Shown here: positions 22,801-33,991 of the stretch, piece by piece | Layout of the letters: the number at the start of each line of letters is the position of its first letter | Numbering within the stretch: position 1 is the stretch's first letter | Assembly: GCA_963843845.1 (NCBI GenBank) | Contig: CAWJMB010000002.1 | Coordinates: 832,001-896,000, forward strand | DNA from: an uncultured Gemmatimonadaceae bacterium | GTDB lineage: Bacteria > Gemmatimonadota > Gemmatimonadetes > Gemmatimonadales > Gemmatimonadaceae | Reading direction: 5' to 3' | DNA length: 64,000 bases | Translations under genes and position numbers: made by a program | The notes under the pieces: model-generated | What the model was told of the DNA's origin: nothing | The model's input: only the letters and a program-made list of their open reading frames with translations | Databases searched by the model: none

Positions 22801-23186
22801 CCTGCTCATCGACTTCGCGAAGTGGGCGCGCGAGAAGGACGGGCATGCCGCTGCGCGAGGCGCTGATCGAGGCGGGCGCGATCCGGCTCCGGCCGATCCT
22901 GATGACGACGTTCGCGCTCATCGCCGGCATGATCCCCGTGGCGCTCGGCCGCGGCGAGGGGGCGCAGTTCCGCGCGCCGCTCGGCGTCGGCGATCATCGG
23001 CGGCGTGCTCACGTCGCACGCTGCTGACGCTGCTCGTGATCCCGACGTTCTACGAGATCATGGACGAGTGGCGGCAGCGTCTGGCGCGCCGGTTCGGCCG
23101 CCGGCCGTCGCAGCGACGGCGGAGCATCGGGTGCCGGACGGAGCGCGGTCGGCGAGGTGCCGGGGTTCGCGGCCAAGGCGGGCTGA
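19824..23186 (+). CDS. RND efflux permease (AcrB/MdtB-like); many frameshifts; end approximate
   Basis: [54 protein letters not shown] spread over frames. Confidence 0.85.
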
Positions 23187-23213
23187 GGAGCCGAGGGCCG
23201 GCGGGAGATGGCC

Positions 23214-23262
23214 GGGGATCGGGGCTCGGGGACGACGGACTCGAGTCCCCGATCCCCGATCC
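23214..23262. repeat. GC-rich inverted repeat of GGGGATC/GATCCCC units (REP-like or terminator)
   Basis: ggggatcggggctcgggga...tccccgatccccgatcc just after the RND gene. Confidence 0.5.
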
Positions 23263-23362
23263 GCAGCGGAGCCCGGGCAGTAGCTTGTGCCCTCCCCGTC
23301 GCGCCGGTGCGTACGCCTCCGACACCCGATCGCGACTGCCGCTCGGTCGCCGCGTCGCGCCG

Positions 23363-23946
23363 CTGACGCCGCTCCAGGCGCTCTGGGCGTACATCACGCT
23401 CGGCGCGTCGACGATCGTGACCGAGGAGCTGACGCCGATCGTCGGCGGGCTGGCGGCGTCGCAGGGCGAGCTGGGGCGCGCAAGCGTCGTGTTCGCCGTC
23501 GTCGATCGGCGGGTGGGTCGCGACGACGCTGCTCTACCTGCTCGGCGCGTGGCGCGGGCGGTGGGTGCGGCGGCGGTGGCCGACCGTGGGGCGCTACATC
23601 AAGAAGGCGCTGCGCGCGGTGCGTCGTCGGCCGTGGCGGAGCGCGCTCGCCGTGCGGTTCGCGTTCGGCGCGCGGCTGCTGCTGCCGGTGGCGTGCGGCG
23701 CGGCGCACGTGCGCCCGGTCGTCGTATCTCGTCGGCTCGGCCGTCAGCTCGATCGTCTGGTCGGCGCTGTTCACCGAGGTCGGCTACCTGTTCGGCGACA
23801 CGGCGCTCTCGGCGCTCAAGCGGATGGAGCGGTACGACCAGTACGTGATCGCCGTCGTCGTCGGCGCGGCGATCGTGGGCGCGCTGATCTACCGCGACCA
23901 CCGGCAGCGGCAGAAGCGCAGACCGACGGCGGCCGGCGCCCGTTGA
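23363..23946 (+). CDS. DedA/VTT family membrane protein; frameshifted; start approximate
   Basis: TEELTPIVGG, LYLLG, RFAFGAR, SSIVWSALF..GYLFG. Confidence 0.7.
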
Positions 23947-23978
23947 GCGAGCCGTCGGCCGACGGTAGACTCCGAAGG

Positions 23979-24530
23979 ATGTCGTCTCCCCGCCTCGCGG
24001 CCGCACTCGTGCTGCCGCTCCTCCTCGTCGTGCCCGCCGCGCACCCCGCGCACGCTCAATCGCTGCGCGGCTCGCCCGCGAAAGTCGAGCGAGCGTACCG
24101 GTTCGCGCAGTCGCGCGGCATCGCGTTCACGCCGACGCGGAGCGCCGTCACGAACGGCGTGCGCGACGGCGCCTACGTGCCGCTGCGGCCGAGTGGGTCG
24201 ATGCGGTTGAAGGGGGTGGCGCTGCCGTACGTGCGGCCGGCGACGCGGTCGTTCGTCGTGGCGCTGGCGTCGCGCTACCGAGCGGCCTGCAAGGCGCCGC
24301 TCGTCGTGACGAGCGCCATCCGGCCGACCGCGGCGCAGCGGCTGCTGCGGAATGGCGTCGAGAAGTCGGTGCACCCGACCGGGATGGCGGTCGATCTGCG
24401 CGCGCCGGTCGGGAGCTGTCGGCTCTGGCTGCGGCGCGAGCTGCTCGCCGCGTCGCGCCGCGGAGTCGTCGACGCGACCGAGGAGCGGCGGCCGGCGCAC
24501 TTTCACGTGACCGTGTTCCGCGCGCCGTGA
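23979..24530 (+). CDS. DUF5715-like secreted protein (possible DD-peptidase/hedgehog Zn fold)
   Basis: Signal (AHAQ); LVVTSAIRP, SVHPTGMAVDLR, EERRPAHFHVTV. Confidence 0.7.
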   Translation: MSSPRLAAALVLPLLLVVPAAHPAHAQSLRGSPAKVERAYRFAQSRGIAFTPTRSAVTNGVRDGAYVPLRPSGSMRLKGVALPYVRPATRSFVVALASRYRAACKAPLVVTSAIRPTAAQRLLRNGVEKSVHPTGMAVDLRAPVGSCRLWLRRELLAASRRGVVDATEERRPAHFHVTVFRAP

Positions 24531-26914
24531 CGCGCCCGGCGCGCGATCGTCGCCTTTCGATGATCCGACACCACTCGCTCGATCGCGCTCGGCGCGTCGC
24601 CGGAACCCTCGTCGTCGCGGCGTTCGTCGGGGGGGGCGTCGCGGCCTGTTCGGGCGGGAGCGACACGCCGGTGACGCCGGCCGGCCCCGCGCCGGTCGCA
24701 CGCGTGACGGTCGGCGGCGTCGGCGGCGCCGCGGACTCGCTCACCGTCGGCGACCGTCGCGCGCTGACCGCGTCGCTCGCGGCGGCGAACGGCGCGTCGC
24801 TCGCCGGTCGCACGATCGCCTGGACGTCGAGCGACGCGACGATCGCGGCGGTCGACGGCACGGGCGGCGTCAGCGCGCTCGCTCCCGGCCAGGCGACGAT
24901 CTCGGCCGAGAGCGAAGGGGTGCGCGGGCAGACCGTGGTGTCGATCCGGCGGCGTCCGGTCGCGAGCGTGCGCCCGGAACGAATGGCCGACACGCTCTGG
25001 CTCGGGCGCCCGAAAGTGCTGCGCGCGCAGGCGTACGCCGCGGACGGCACGACGCTCGTCGACCGCGCGGTCACGTGGAGCGTCGCCGACTCGACGCTCG
25101 TGACGCTCGTCGCGGCGCTCGACGGGTCGGTGACGGCGCGCGGCGTCGCGTTGGGCACGACCCCGATCACCGTGCGCAGCGAAGGCAGCACGGCGACCAT
25201 CCCGCTCGTCGTCGTTCCGGTGCCGGTCGCGCGCGTCGCGCTCACGACGCCCGACACGGTCGTCGTCGGCCGTACCGCCACCGTTCGCCTCACGGCATTC
25301 GCTCCCGACAACACCCCGCTCACGGTGGGCGAGCTGGCCGGGCGCGCGGCGGCCTGGGCGAGCGACCGTCCGGCGATCGTGTCGCTGTCCGCCGTCGACG
25401 CCACGACGGCGACGGCGCGCGGCGCGTCGCCGGGGAACGCGACGCTCTCGGCGACGCTCGCCGGGGTGACGGGGAGCTACACGGTCATCGCGGCGCGGCC
25501 GGCGGTGGCGCGCGTGCTCTTCGCGCCCACGACGCTCGCGCTCTCGACCGGCGCCTCGGCGACGGCGACGGCGACGGCGGTCGACGACGACGGGCAGCCG
25601 GTCGATGCGGAGATCCTGTTCGCGATCACGACCGGCGGCACCATCGTCCGCACGACGTCGTCGGTGGCGGTCGGCGGGCGGGCGACGGTCCGCATCGACG
25701 GCGCGGCGCCGGGCGCGGCGGTCGTCTTCGCCGCGGCGAACGGCAAGGGCGCGACGCTGCCGGTCATCGTGACCGATCCGGCCGGCGCCGCCCTGCGCGC
25801 CTTCCCGACCACGATCACGGCGACCCCCGGCACGCGCGCTCGCCTCGCGCTCTCACTCACCGACGCCGCCGGGATGGCGCAGACGCCGACCGGCGTGGTC
25901 TACCGATCCAGCAGTCCGACCGTCGCGACGGTCGACGCCGACGGCCGCGTGCAGCTCGTCGCTCCCGGCTCGGCGACGGTCACGGTCACGGCGAACGGGC
26001 GAACGGCGACGGTTCCGATCACCGTCGCGGTGCCGCCGGCGACGACGTTCACGATCCGGCTCGTGCCGGTGGGCGCCGTGCCGCCGGCGGTGATGACGGC
26101 CGCGCAGGAGGCGGCGAACCGCTGGCTCCGCGTCATCACGAGCGAGCTGACGGTCGCGCAGATCGATCTCGATCCGAGCCAGTGCGATTTCGGCACGACG
26201 AGCCTGCACACGGTCTCGACCGGGGTCGTCGTCTACGTGCGCGCGGCGAACATCGACGGGGCGCGCAACACGCTCGCCTACGCCGGTCCCTGCGTCGTCC
26301 GCGCGTCGAGCAGCGGCCTGCCGCTCGTCGGCGCGCTCGTCGTCGACTCGGCGGACGTCGGGCTGCTCTCGGGGACCGGGGCGGCGCTCGGGGTCGACGT
26401 CCTGACGCACGAGCTGGGGCACGTGCTCGGCATCGGCACGATCTGGGAAGGGGGGACCGCCGGCGGGCGGCTCGCGCAGACGATCGGCGACGACGTGCGC
26501 TTCATGGGTCGCTCCGGCGCCGAGGCGGCCTATCGGATGGGGCTCACGGCCGACCCGGCGTACGGCGCGCCGATCGAGGACGAGGGCGGAGCCGGCACGG
26601 CGGGCGGGCACTGGCGCGAGCGGGTCTTCCGCGGCGAGCTGATGACGGGGTGGATCAACCCGTCGCCGAATCCGCTCAGCATCCTGTCGGTGCTGTCGCT
26701 CCGCGATCTCGGCTACCAGGTCACGGAGCTGGGGGCGGACGTCACGTCGCCGCTCACGATCGGCGGGGGGACGCTCTATCCGCTCGGCCCGGCGTCGGTC
26801 GCGGCCAACCGCATTCCGTTCGGCACCGTCGTCGAGCCGTTCCAGATCGGCGAGCGGCTGATCCGGCCGCGGTACGAGGCCGACGCGCGCGGCACGCGCC
26901 CCATCGCGCCGTAA
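24527..26914 (+). CDS. Lipoprotein with tandem Ig-like (Big_2) domains and C-terminal leishmanolysin-like zinc metalloprotease
   Basis: Lipobox VAAC; WTSSDATIAAVD repeats; HELGHVLG, GHWRE, ELMTG. Confidence 0.85.
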   Translation: MTRPARDRRLSMIRHHSLDRARRVAGTLVVAAFVGGGVAACSGGSDTPVTPAGPAPVARVTVGGVGGAADSLTVGDRRALTASLAAANGASLAGRTIAWTSSDATIAAVDGTGGVSALAPGQATISAESEGVRGQTVVSIRRRPVASVRPERMADTLWLGRPKVLRAQAYAADGTTLVDRAVTWSVADSTLVTLVAALDGSVTARGVALGTTPITVRSEGSTATIPLVVVPVPVARVALTTPDTVVVGRTATVRLTAFAPDNTPLTVGELAGRAAAWASDRPAIVSLSAVDATTATARGASPGNATLSATLAGVTGSYTVIAARPAVARVLFAPTTLALSTGASATATATAVDDDGQPVDAEILFAITTGGTIVRTTSSVAVGGRATVRIDGAAPGAAVVFAAANGKGATLPVIVTDPAGAALRAFPTTITATPGTRARLALSLTDAAGMAQTPTGVVYRSSSPTVATVDADGRVQLVAPGSATVTVTANGRTATVPITVAVPPATTFTIRLVPVGAVPPAVMTAAQEAANRWLRVITSELTVAQIDLDPSQCDFGTTSLHTVSTGVVVYVRAANIDGARNTLAYAGPCVVRASSSGLPLVGALVVDSADVGLLSGTGAALGVDVLTHELGHVLGIGTIWEGGTAGGRLAQTIGDDVRFMGRSGAEAAYRMGLTADPAYGAPIEDEGGAGTAGGHWRERVFRGELMTGWINPSPNPLSILSVLSLRDLGYQVTELGADVTSPLTIGGGTLYPLGPASVAANRIPFGTVVEPFQIGERLIRPRYEADARGTRPIAP

Positions 26915-26917
26915 CCG

Positions 26918-26964
26918 CGTTCCGCCGTACCTCGTCCGCACGGCGGACGAGGTGAGGCGGAACG
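26918..26964. terminator. Long hairpin between convergent genes
   Basis: cgttccgcc-gt-acctcgtccgc acg gcggacgaggt-ga-ggcggaacg. Confidence 0.6.
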
Positions 26965-26973
26965 GGCGGGGGC

Positions 26974-29324
26974 TCAGGGTCTCGCGTTGAGCGACGTTTC
27001 AAAGAGCTCGAAGATGCGCCGGTACTCGTCCGTCCACGACGACGGCCGCACGAACCCGTGGTCCTCGACCGGGTACGGCGCGAGCGACCAGTTCGTCTTG
27101 CCGAGCTCGATCAGCCGCTGCGTCAGCTCGACGATGTCCTGGAAGTTGACGTTCACGTCGACCATCCCGTGCGCCATGAGCAGCGGCGCCTTGAGCCCCT
27201 CGGCGAAGAAGATCGGCGACGAGCGGCGGTAGGCGAGCGTGTCGTGCTGCGGCAGGTTGAGGATCGCGCGCCGTGTAGCCGTGGTTGTAATGCGACCAGT
27301 CCGTCACCGAGCGGAGCGCGGCGCCGGCGCCGAAGTAGTCGGGGGCGGTGAACAGCGCCATCAGCGTCATGAAGCCGCCATAGCTGCCGCCGTAGATCCC
27401 GATGCGCTTCGGGTCGATGCCGTACTGCGTCTGCAGATACTTCACGCCGTCGACGTGATCCTGCAGGTCGCGCCCGCCCATCCAGCGGTAGATCGCCGTG
27501 CGCCAGTCGCGTCCGTAGCCGGCGGAGCCGCGGTAGTCGATGTCGAGGACGACGTAGCCCTTCGACGCGAGGTACTGGTTGAACATGTACTCGCGCGCGT
27601 AGCTCGACCAGTAATTATGCACGTTGTGCAAATAACCGGCGCCGTGCACGAAGATCACGGCCGCGCCGTTCGGCTGCGCGCCGCGCTCCTGCGGCCGGTA
27701 GATGCGCGCCGGCACGCGCTGGCCGTCGCTCGCCGGGATGGCGACGATCTCCGGCTTCTGCCAGTCGAACGCGAGCCACTCCGCCGTCGGCGACACGGTG
27801 AGCTGCGCCCCCGTCGCGTTCGGGCGGTTCGGCGTGATGAACAGCTCCGGCGGCCGGTTCGCCGTCGAGTAGACGTCCGCGAACATCGTCTCGTCCGGCG
27901 ACAGCGTGGCGTTGTGGCCGCCGACGCCACTCGTCAGGCGCACGCGCGGCGCCGCCCGCGATCGCCATGCGATAGACGTGCTGTTCGTACGCCGACCCTT
28001 CGCTCGTCGTCAGATAGAACGTCCGCCCGTCGCGCGAGAGCTGCACGCCGTTCACCTCGAACTGCCCCGTCGTGAGCTGCCGGCGGTCGCTCCCGTCGGC
28101 GTTCATCGAGTAGAGGTGCGCGTAGCCGTCGGCCTCGCTCACGAAGTAGATGCGGCGCCCGCCGTCGTACCACCCGGCGCAGCGCGAGCACGGCCCGCCG
28201 ACCCACGCCGAGTCGGTCAGCACGTCGACGACGTGCACCGCGCCCGAGTCGGCCGAGACCGTGGCGAGGTAGCGCTGCTTGAAGTCGCGCGTGTTCGCCG
28301 TCACGAGCGCCATCGTGCCCGCGTCGTTCCAGCCGACGATGCTCGCCTGTGACGACGGCCCGGTCCCGTCGGTCGGCGCGATGCGCAGCACCTTCAGCGA
28401 GCCGCTCGGCAGCGTCGCGAACAGCAGCCGGCCGCTGCCCTGCGCGTCGCCGACCTTCGTGCGCCCCTGGATCGCTTCCGTGTAGCCGCTCGCCGTGATG
28501 TAGTTCGGAACGATGATTCCCTGCGCGCCCTCCGCCGGGATGTTCGTCGACAGCACGAGCGCCGCGGCGCGCGGCGAGACCGCGACGCCGAACGCGCGCT
28601 CGTTCGGCAGCAGGGTGAGCGCCGGGACCATCGGTCTCAGCATGTCGCGCTCGGCGGCGGCGACGCTGTCCTGCCACAGCCGGTCGCGCACGGCCTCGAG
28701 CAGCACGCGCTGCTCGGCCTGGAGGGCGCCGCGCTGCGTCAGGGCGGCCGCGGTGGCCTGCGCGCTGCGTCCCGCGGCGGCCGCGCCGGCCGCGGTCGGC
28801 GTGCGGATGTCGGTGAGCTGCCGCGTCAGCCCGCCGTCGAGCGTCAGTGCGTAGACGTTGCCGTCGCGCAGGTAGTACAGCTCCTTCCCGTCCGCGCTGA
28901 AGCTCGGGCTCGACTCCGCGGCGAGCGTGGCCGTGAGGCGCTTCGCCGCGCCCCCGTTCGCGTCGATGAGATAGAGATCGCCGTTCGACGACGCCGCCCG
29001 CCGCCGACGATCCGGCGACATGAGCCCCTGCGTGACCGACACCGTCGCCGAGTCCATCTGCAGCGTCGTCACGCGCTCTGGCTTCGCGCCGGCGACCGCA
29101 CGCACGCGGAACGGACGCGCCGGCTCGCGCCACGACGCGCCGGGCTCGAGCCACGAGAAGTAGATCCACTTGCCGTCGTTCGACCAGCGGACGTTCGACG
29201 GCTCGCGGCCGTAGAGCTCGGGGCCGCGCATGATGTTCGGGATGGTGAACTCGAACGTCGACGCCGACTGCGCGCCGAGCGGCGCCGCAGTGCCGAACGC
29301 AGCGAGGAGGAGGAGCTTGCGCAT
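26974..29324 (-). CDS. S9 family (DPP IV-like) peptidase; frameshifts at ~27945 and ~27265
   Basis: Signal peptide; [35 protein letters not shown]. Confidence 0.88.
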
Positions 29325-29408
29325 GGAGAGACGCGGTGGCGGGAGATGCGTGTGGACGTGCGTGCCGAGAGTACGCGCGGGGCCGTCGGATCGTGACGCC
29401 GGCGGCCG

Positions 29409-31119
29409 CTACGGCGACTCGGCCGCGACGCGGTCGTCCATGAGATCGAGTGCGAGCGGGTCGTCGGAGGCGGGGACGCGCAGCGTGAACACGCTCCCGC
29501 CGCCGTCGCGCGACGTGTGATCGAGCGAGCCGCGCTGCGCCTCGGCGAGCGCGCGTGCCACGGCGAGGCCGAGTCCCGTGCCGCCGACGTCCGGGGAGAC
29601 ACCCCGCGCGCGATGAAAGGGCGCGAACACGCGTTCACGCTCGTCGGCCCCGATGCCGGCGCCGCGGTCGCAGACGGAGAACGCGAGCGTGTCGCCCTCG
29701 CGCACGACGTCGAGCACGATCGGCTCACGAGGCGGCGCGTACTTCACGGCGTTGTCGATCAGGTTGCCGAGGATGCGGAGCGTCGCGACGAAGTCGAAGC
29801 AGCCGACGAGCAGGCCGCCGTCGTCGCGGAGCTGCGTCACGACGGCGCGGTCGTGCAGCACGCCGCCCGCCTGCCGCAGCGCGGCGCCGACGACGTCGTC
29901 CGCCGTGTTGATCTCGGGCGCGAGCGGGAACGCGCCGGCGCGGGCGCGCGACAGGTCGAGCACGTCGGCGACCATGCGACTCAACCGGTCCGCCTGTTCC
30001 TCGATGACGAGCGCGTTGCGATCGCCGCGCCGCGCGCTCTCGTTCGCGAGCGCCTTGATCGTCGTGAGCGGCGTGCGCAGGTCGTGCGAGACCGTCGCGA
30101 GCACGAAGTCCTTGAGCCGATCGGCCTCGCGCACCGCCTCGGCGCGCTCCGCCTCGGCGACGAGCCGCACGCGCTCGACCCCCAACGCCGTGTAGTGCGC
30201 GAGCGCGTCGACGAACGTGCGTTCCGACTCGTCGAGCGCGAGCCCGGCGGCGCGCACGAGCCGCAGCGCGCCGACCGGACGCTGCCGAACGTAGAGCGGC
30301 ACGAACGCATCGCGCGGCGCGTCGGCGAACGCGGCGGCGATGCGCCTCGCACGCGCCGCCGGATCGAGCGCGTCGTGCTCGCCGAGCGGCGGGGCGCCGT
30401 CGGGAGACGTCGCGCCGATCGCGCCGATCGCGGCACGGGCGCGCGACTCGGCGTGCGGATCCGAGTACGCGGTCGCGTCGGTCGGTGCGAGCGCCGTCGG
30501 GCCTGGCGCCGTCGGGCCTGGCGCCGTCGGGCCTGGCGCCGTCGGGCCTGGCGCCGTCGGGCCTGGTGCCGTCGGCGCGAGCGCGGCGCGGCGCAGCGAG
30601 CCGTCGGTCACGTCGATCGCCCACACCTCGCACCGATCGAGCTGGAGCGTGCGCGCGATGACGTCGGCCATCGACGCGAGTGCCGCGTCCGCGCGACCCG
30701 CCGCGAGCGACTCGGCGCCGAGGTCCGCGAGGCGCTGCACCTCGTGCGCGCGGCGCTGCGCCTCGTCCGCCTGCCGCTGCTCGCGCGCCAGCAGTCGCGA
30801 CGCGCTGTCGGCGACGAGGAGGTACGAGATGAGCACGAGCCAGTCTGCCGGGTCGTCGATCGCCGAGGTGATCGTACGGCGTCTGGAAGAAGAAGTTGAT
30901 GAGGAAGAAGCCGGCGAGCGCGAGCGCGAGCCCGAGCCGCCGCCCGCCCATGACGCCGCCGAACAACACGACGAGCAGCAGCGTGAGCGCGATCGGCGCC
31001 TGCCGCTGCACGAGGATGGCGCGCTGCCAGCGAAAGACGGCGGCGATGCCGAACAGCACCGAGAAGCCGACGACCCACGTCCACGGCCCCCGGATGCGCC
31101 GGCGCAGCGTGTCCGGCAC
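29409..31119 (-). CDS. Sensor histidine kinase, KdpD-like (DUF4118 TM, GAF-like, HisKA, HATPase); frameshift at ~30870
   Basis: SHDLRTPLT, NLIDNAVKY, DRGAGI, GTGLGL; N-terminal TM helices (NFFFQTPY) in ORF 29725..31341. Confidence 0.85.
30491..30575. repeat. 15-bp in-frame tandem repeat, ~5.5 copies (APGPT)
   Basis: gcgccgtcgggcctg repeated inside the histidine kinase. Confidence 0.9.
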
Positions 31120-31124
31120 CCTGT

Positions 31125-31850
31125 TCAGCGCGCCCCTTCGAGGCGGTAGCCGACGCCCGGCTCGGTGACGACGAACGCGGGGAACGACGGGTTCGGCTCG
31201 ACCTTGCGGCGGAGATTCGTGACGTGCACCCGGAGGTACTGCGCCGCGTTGCCGTACTCGCGTCCCCACACCGCGTCGAACAGTTGCTGGTGCGTGAACG
31301 TGCGCCCCGGCGCGCCGGCGAGTGTGCGGATCAGTCCCCACTCGATCGGCGTGAGGTGCACGGCGCGTCCGCCCCGCGTCGCGACGCGCTCGTCGAGGTC
31401 GAGCTCGAGGTCGCCGAGGCGCACGGCGCGCGTCGCGGCGGGGCTCCGGGTGCGCAGCGCACGACGGAGATGAGCCCGTACGCGCGCCGCCAGCTCGGCC
31501 GAGCCGAACGGCTTCGTGAGGTAGTCGTCGGCACCGGCGTCGAGCAGCCGCACCTTCTCCTGCTCCGAGTGCCGCGCCGAGAGTACGACGACCGGCAGCT
31601 CCGCACCGCGCGGCATGGCGCGGATCGCGCGGCAGACCTCGTCGCCGGGCACGTCCGGCAGCCCGAGGTCGAGCAGCACGAGGTCGGGCGGGTCGCGCTC
31701 GACGCTGCTGATCGCGTCACGGCCCGTCGCGGCGACCGCGACGCGCACGCCGAGTCCCTCGATGATCTGCTGCAGCACGCCGCGCAGCACCGGCTCGTCG
31801 TCGACGATCAGCACGACGGGGATCGCCGTCGGAGCGGGGGAGGTGGGCAC
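31125..31850 (-). CDS. OmpR/KdpE-like response regulator
   Basis: LIVDDE, LLDLGLPD, GADDYLTKPF, LRVHVTNLRRKVE, TEPGVGYR. Confidence 0.92.
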   Translation of the reverse strand: MPTSPAPTAIPVVLIVDDEPVLRGVLQQIIEGLGVRVAVAATGRDAISSVERDPPDLVLLDLGLPDVPGDEVCRAIRAMPRGAELPVVVLSARHSEQEKVRLLDAGADDYLTKPFGSAELAARVRAHLRRALRTRSPAATRAVRLGDLELDLDERVATRGGRAVHLTPIEWGLIRTLAGAPGRTFTHQQLFDAVWGREYGNAAQYLRVHVTNLRRKVEPNPSFPAFVVTEPGVGYRLEGAR

Positions 31851-31922
31851 GTGGGGGCGGGGGCTGCACTACGATACCGCTCCGCGCCGAACGGCGCACC
31901 GTCGCCGCCCCCGCGGCCGGAC

Positions 31923-32021
31923 TCACGACCGTCACGACCGTCACGACCGTCACGACCGTCACGACCGTCACGACCGTCACGACCGTCACGACCGTCACGA
32001 CCGTCACGACCGTCACGACCG
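31923..32021. repeat. Perfect 9-bp tandem repeat TCACGACCG x11, intergenic
   Basis: Counted directly. Confidence 0.95.
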
Positions 32022-32241
32022 GAGCGTCGCTCGTTGTGCCGGCCGCGTTCACCTGAGGGCGCGGTGTGCTAGCTTGCCGATCGGCCGCCCCACCTCACGA
32101 GCCGCCTGCCCCGTCTTCCGATGCTGTGTGCCGTCCGGCCTCCCCGTACCACCTTCACCCCGGTCGTCGATCGCTGGGGAGTGTGCTGCGCCGAGCGACC
32201 GTCCAGGTGAGCTGAGGTCGTCGGGTCGACGTACCGTGTCC

Positions 32242-33401
32242 ATGCCGCCGACCACCCCGCCGCCGGACGACACCGGGGTCAGGCGCTGGCGCCGCGTGCG
32301 CGAGCTGTTCGACGCCGCTCTCGACCTCGCCGGGACGGCGCGCGACGCGTGGCTGACGACGGCGATGGCGAGCGACCCGCCGTCGGTGGCGACCGAGGTG
32401 CGCGCGATGCTCGCAGCCGACGCCGGGCCCGCACCGCTGCTCGACTCGACGCCCACGGCGCTGTTCGCTGGGGCGCCGCGCGCGGCCGAGGTCGCGCCGG
32501 GCGACCCGATCGCGCTGCTCCCGCAGCGCGCCCCCGCGGCCGGCTCGCGCGTGGGGCCGTACCTCCTCGACCGCGAGGTGGGGCGTGGCGGCATGGGCGC
32601 CGTCTGGTCGGCGCGGCGCGCCGACGTCGCGGCCGACGGAGCGGACGCCGAGGCGCCCGACGTCGCCGTGAAGCTGCTCGCGGTATCCGGCGGCCCGCTG
32701 CGCGCGGCGGAGCGCTTCGCCCGGGAGGCGCGCCTCGGGACGCGCCTCGCCCACCCGCATCTCGTGCCGGTGCTGGACGCGGGGGTCACCGCCGACGGTG
32801 TGCCGTGGTTCGCCATGCCCTTCGTTCGCGGCGAGACGCTCCACGCGCGCATGGCGCGGGCGGGGCGTCTCACCGCGCGCGACGCGCTCCGCCTGACCAC
32901 GCAGCTCGCCGACGCGCTCGCCCACGCGCACGCGCAGGGCGTGGTGCACCGCGACGTGAAGCCGGGAAACGTCATCGTCGACGCCGCCGGGGACGCGCAC
33001 CTCGTCGACTTCGGCATCGCGCGGGCGCTCGACGCGGCGGATCCGGAGGGGGCCCTGACGCTCACCGGCACGGTCGTCGGCAGTCCGCGCTACCTCTCGC
33101 CGGAGCGCGCCGGCGGCGCGCCGCCGGACGGCCGCGACGACGTCTGGGCCCTCGGCTGCATCCTCTACGAACTGCTCACGGGCGTGCCGCCGTATCGCGG
33201 CGCGGCGCACGCGCGGCTGCTCGCCGGCCGGCCGGCGCCCCCCCTGCGCCGCTCCGCGACACGTGTCCCGACGTGCCGGAGGGGGCGCTGGCGGCGGCGC
33301 TGGCGGCGGCGCTCGCCCCGGTGCGCTCGGATCGGGCCGACGCCGCGACGCTCGCGCGCGCGCTGCAGGCCGTCCGGTCGACGCACGACGCGCTGCGATG
33401 A
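32242..33401 (+). CDS. Ser/Thr protein kinase, short, coupled to ECF sigma; frameshift at ~33240
   Basis: N-terminal WRRVRELFDAALDL; GRGGMG, VAVK, HRDVKPGN, DFG, YLSPE, DVWALG. Confidence 0.85.
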
Positions 33402-33991
33402 CCGGCGCGACCCACGACCACGACGGTGACGTCACGCGCCTGCTGCGCCTCGCTCGGGGCGGGGACGGTGAGGCGTTCGAGCGCGCGTTCGCGGCCGTCT
33501 ACGGCGAGCTGCGTCGGCTCGCGTCGATGGTGCGGCAGGGACGCGCCGGCGAGACGCTCACCGCGACCGCGCTCGTGCACGAGGCGTATCTGCGGCTGAT
33601 GCCGTCGGCCGCATCCGACTGGGAGGGGCGCCGCCACTTCCTGCGCGTGGCGGCGCGCGCGATGCGCCAGGTGCTCGCCCATGCCGCCCGCGACCGGCTC
33701 GCCGGCAAGCGCGGCGGCGGGGCGGTCGCGCTCACGCTCGACGACGCCCTCCGCGGCACCCCGGCGCCCGTGCGCGCCGAGGAGATCGTCGCGCTCGACG
33801 AGGCGCTGGAGCGGCTCGGTGCGCTCGACCCGCGGCAGGCGCGGGTCGTCGAGCTCCGCTGGATCGTGGGGCTGACGGCGCCGGAGACGGCGGACGCCCT
33901 CGGCGTCTCCACACCGACCGTGGAGCGCGACTGGCGCGCCGCCCGCGCCTGGCTGACCGTGCAGCTGGCCGACGCCGCGCCTAACGCGTGA
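33398..33991 (+). CDS. ECF sigma factor, TIGR02999/ECF43-like
   Basis: VTRLL...YGELRRLA...TLTATALVHEAYLRL...AMRQVL...KRGGG...TVERDWRAARAWL; ATGA coupling. Confidence 0.9.
   Translation: MTGATHDHDGDVTRLLRLARGGDGEAFERAFAAVYGELRRLASMVRQGRAGETLTATALVHEAYLRLMPSAASDWEGRRHFLRVAARAMRQVLAHAARDRLAGKRGGGAVALTLDDALRGTPAPVRAEEIVALDEALERLGALDPRQARVVELRWIVGLTAPETADALGVSTPTVERDWRAARAWLTVQLADAAPNA

Noticed and set aside
16709..23946. Efflux operon and DedA gene as decaying pseudogenes
   Set aside because: Lesions are almost all single-base insertions with otherwise intact motifs and codon bias, clustered regionally; typical of low-coverage long-read error. Needs polishing to settle.
31923..32021. CRISPR array (also considered for 43799-43882)
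   Set aside because: Contiguous 9-bp and 11-bp units without spacers; no cas genes.
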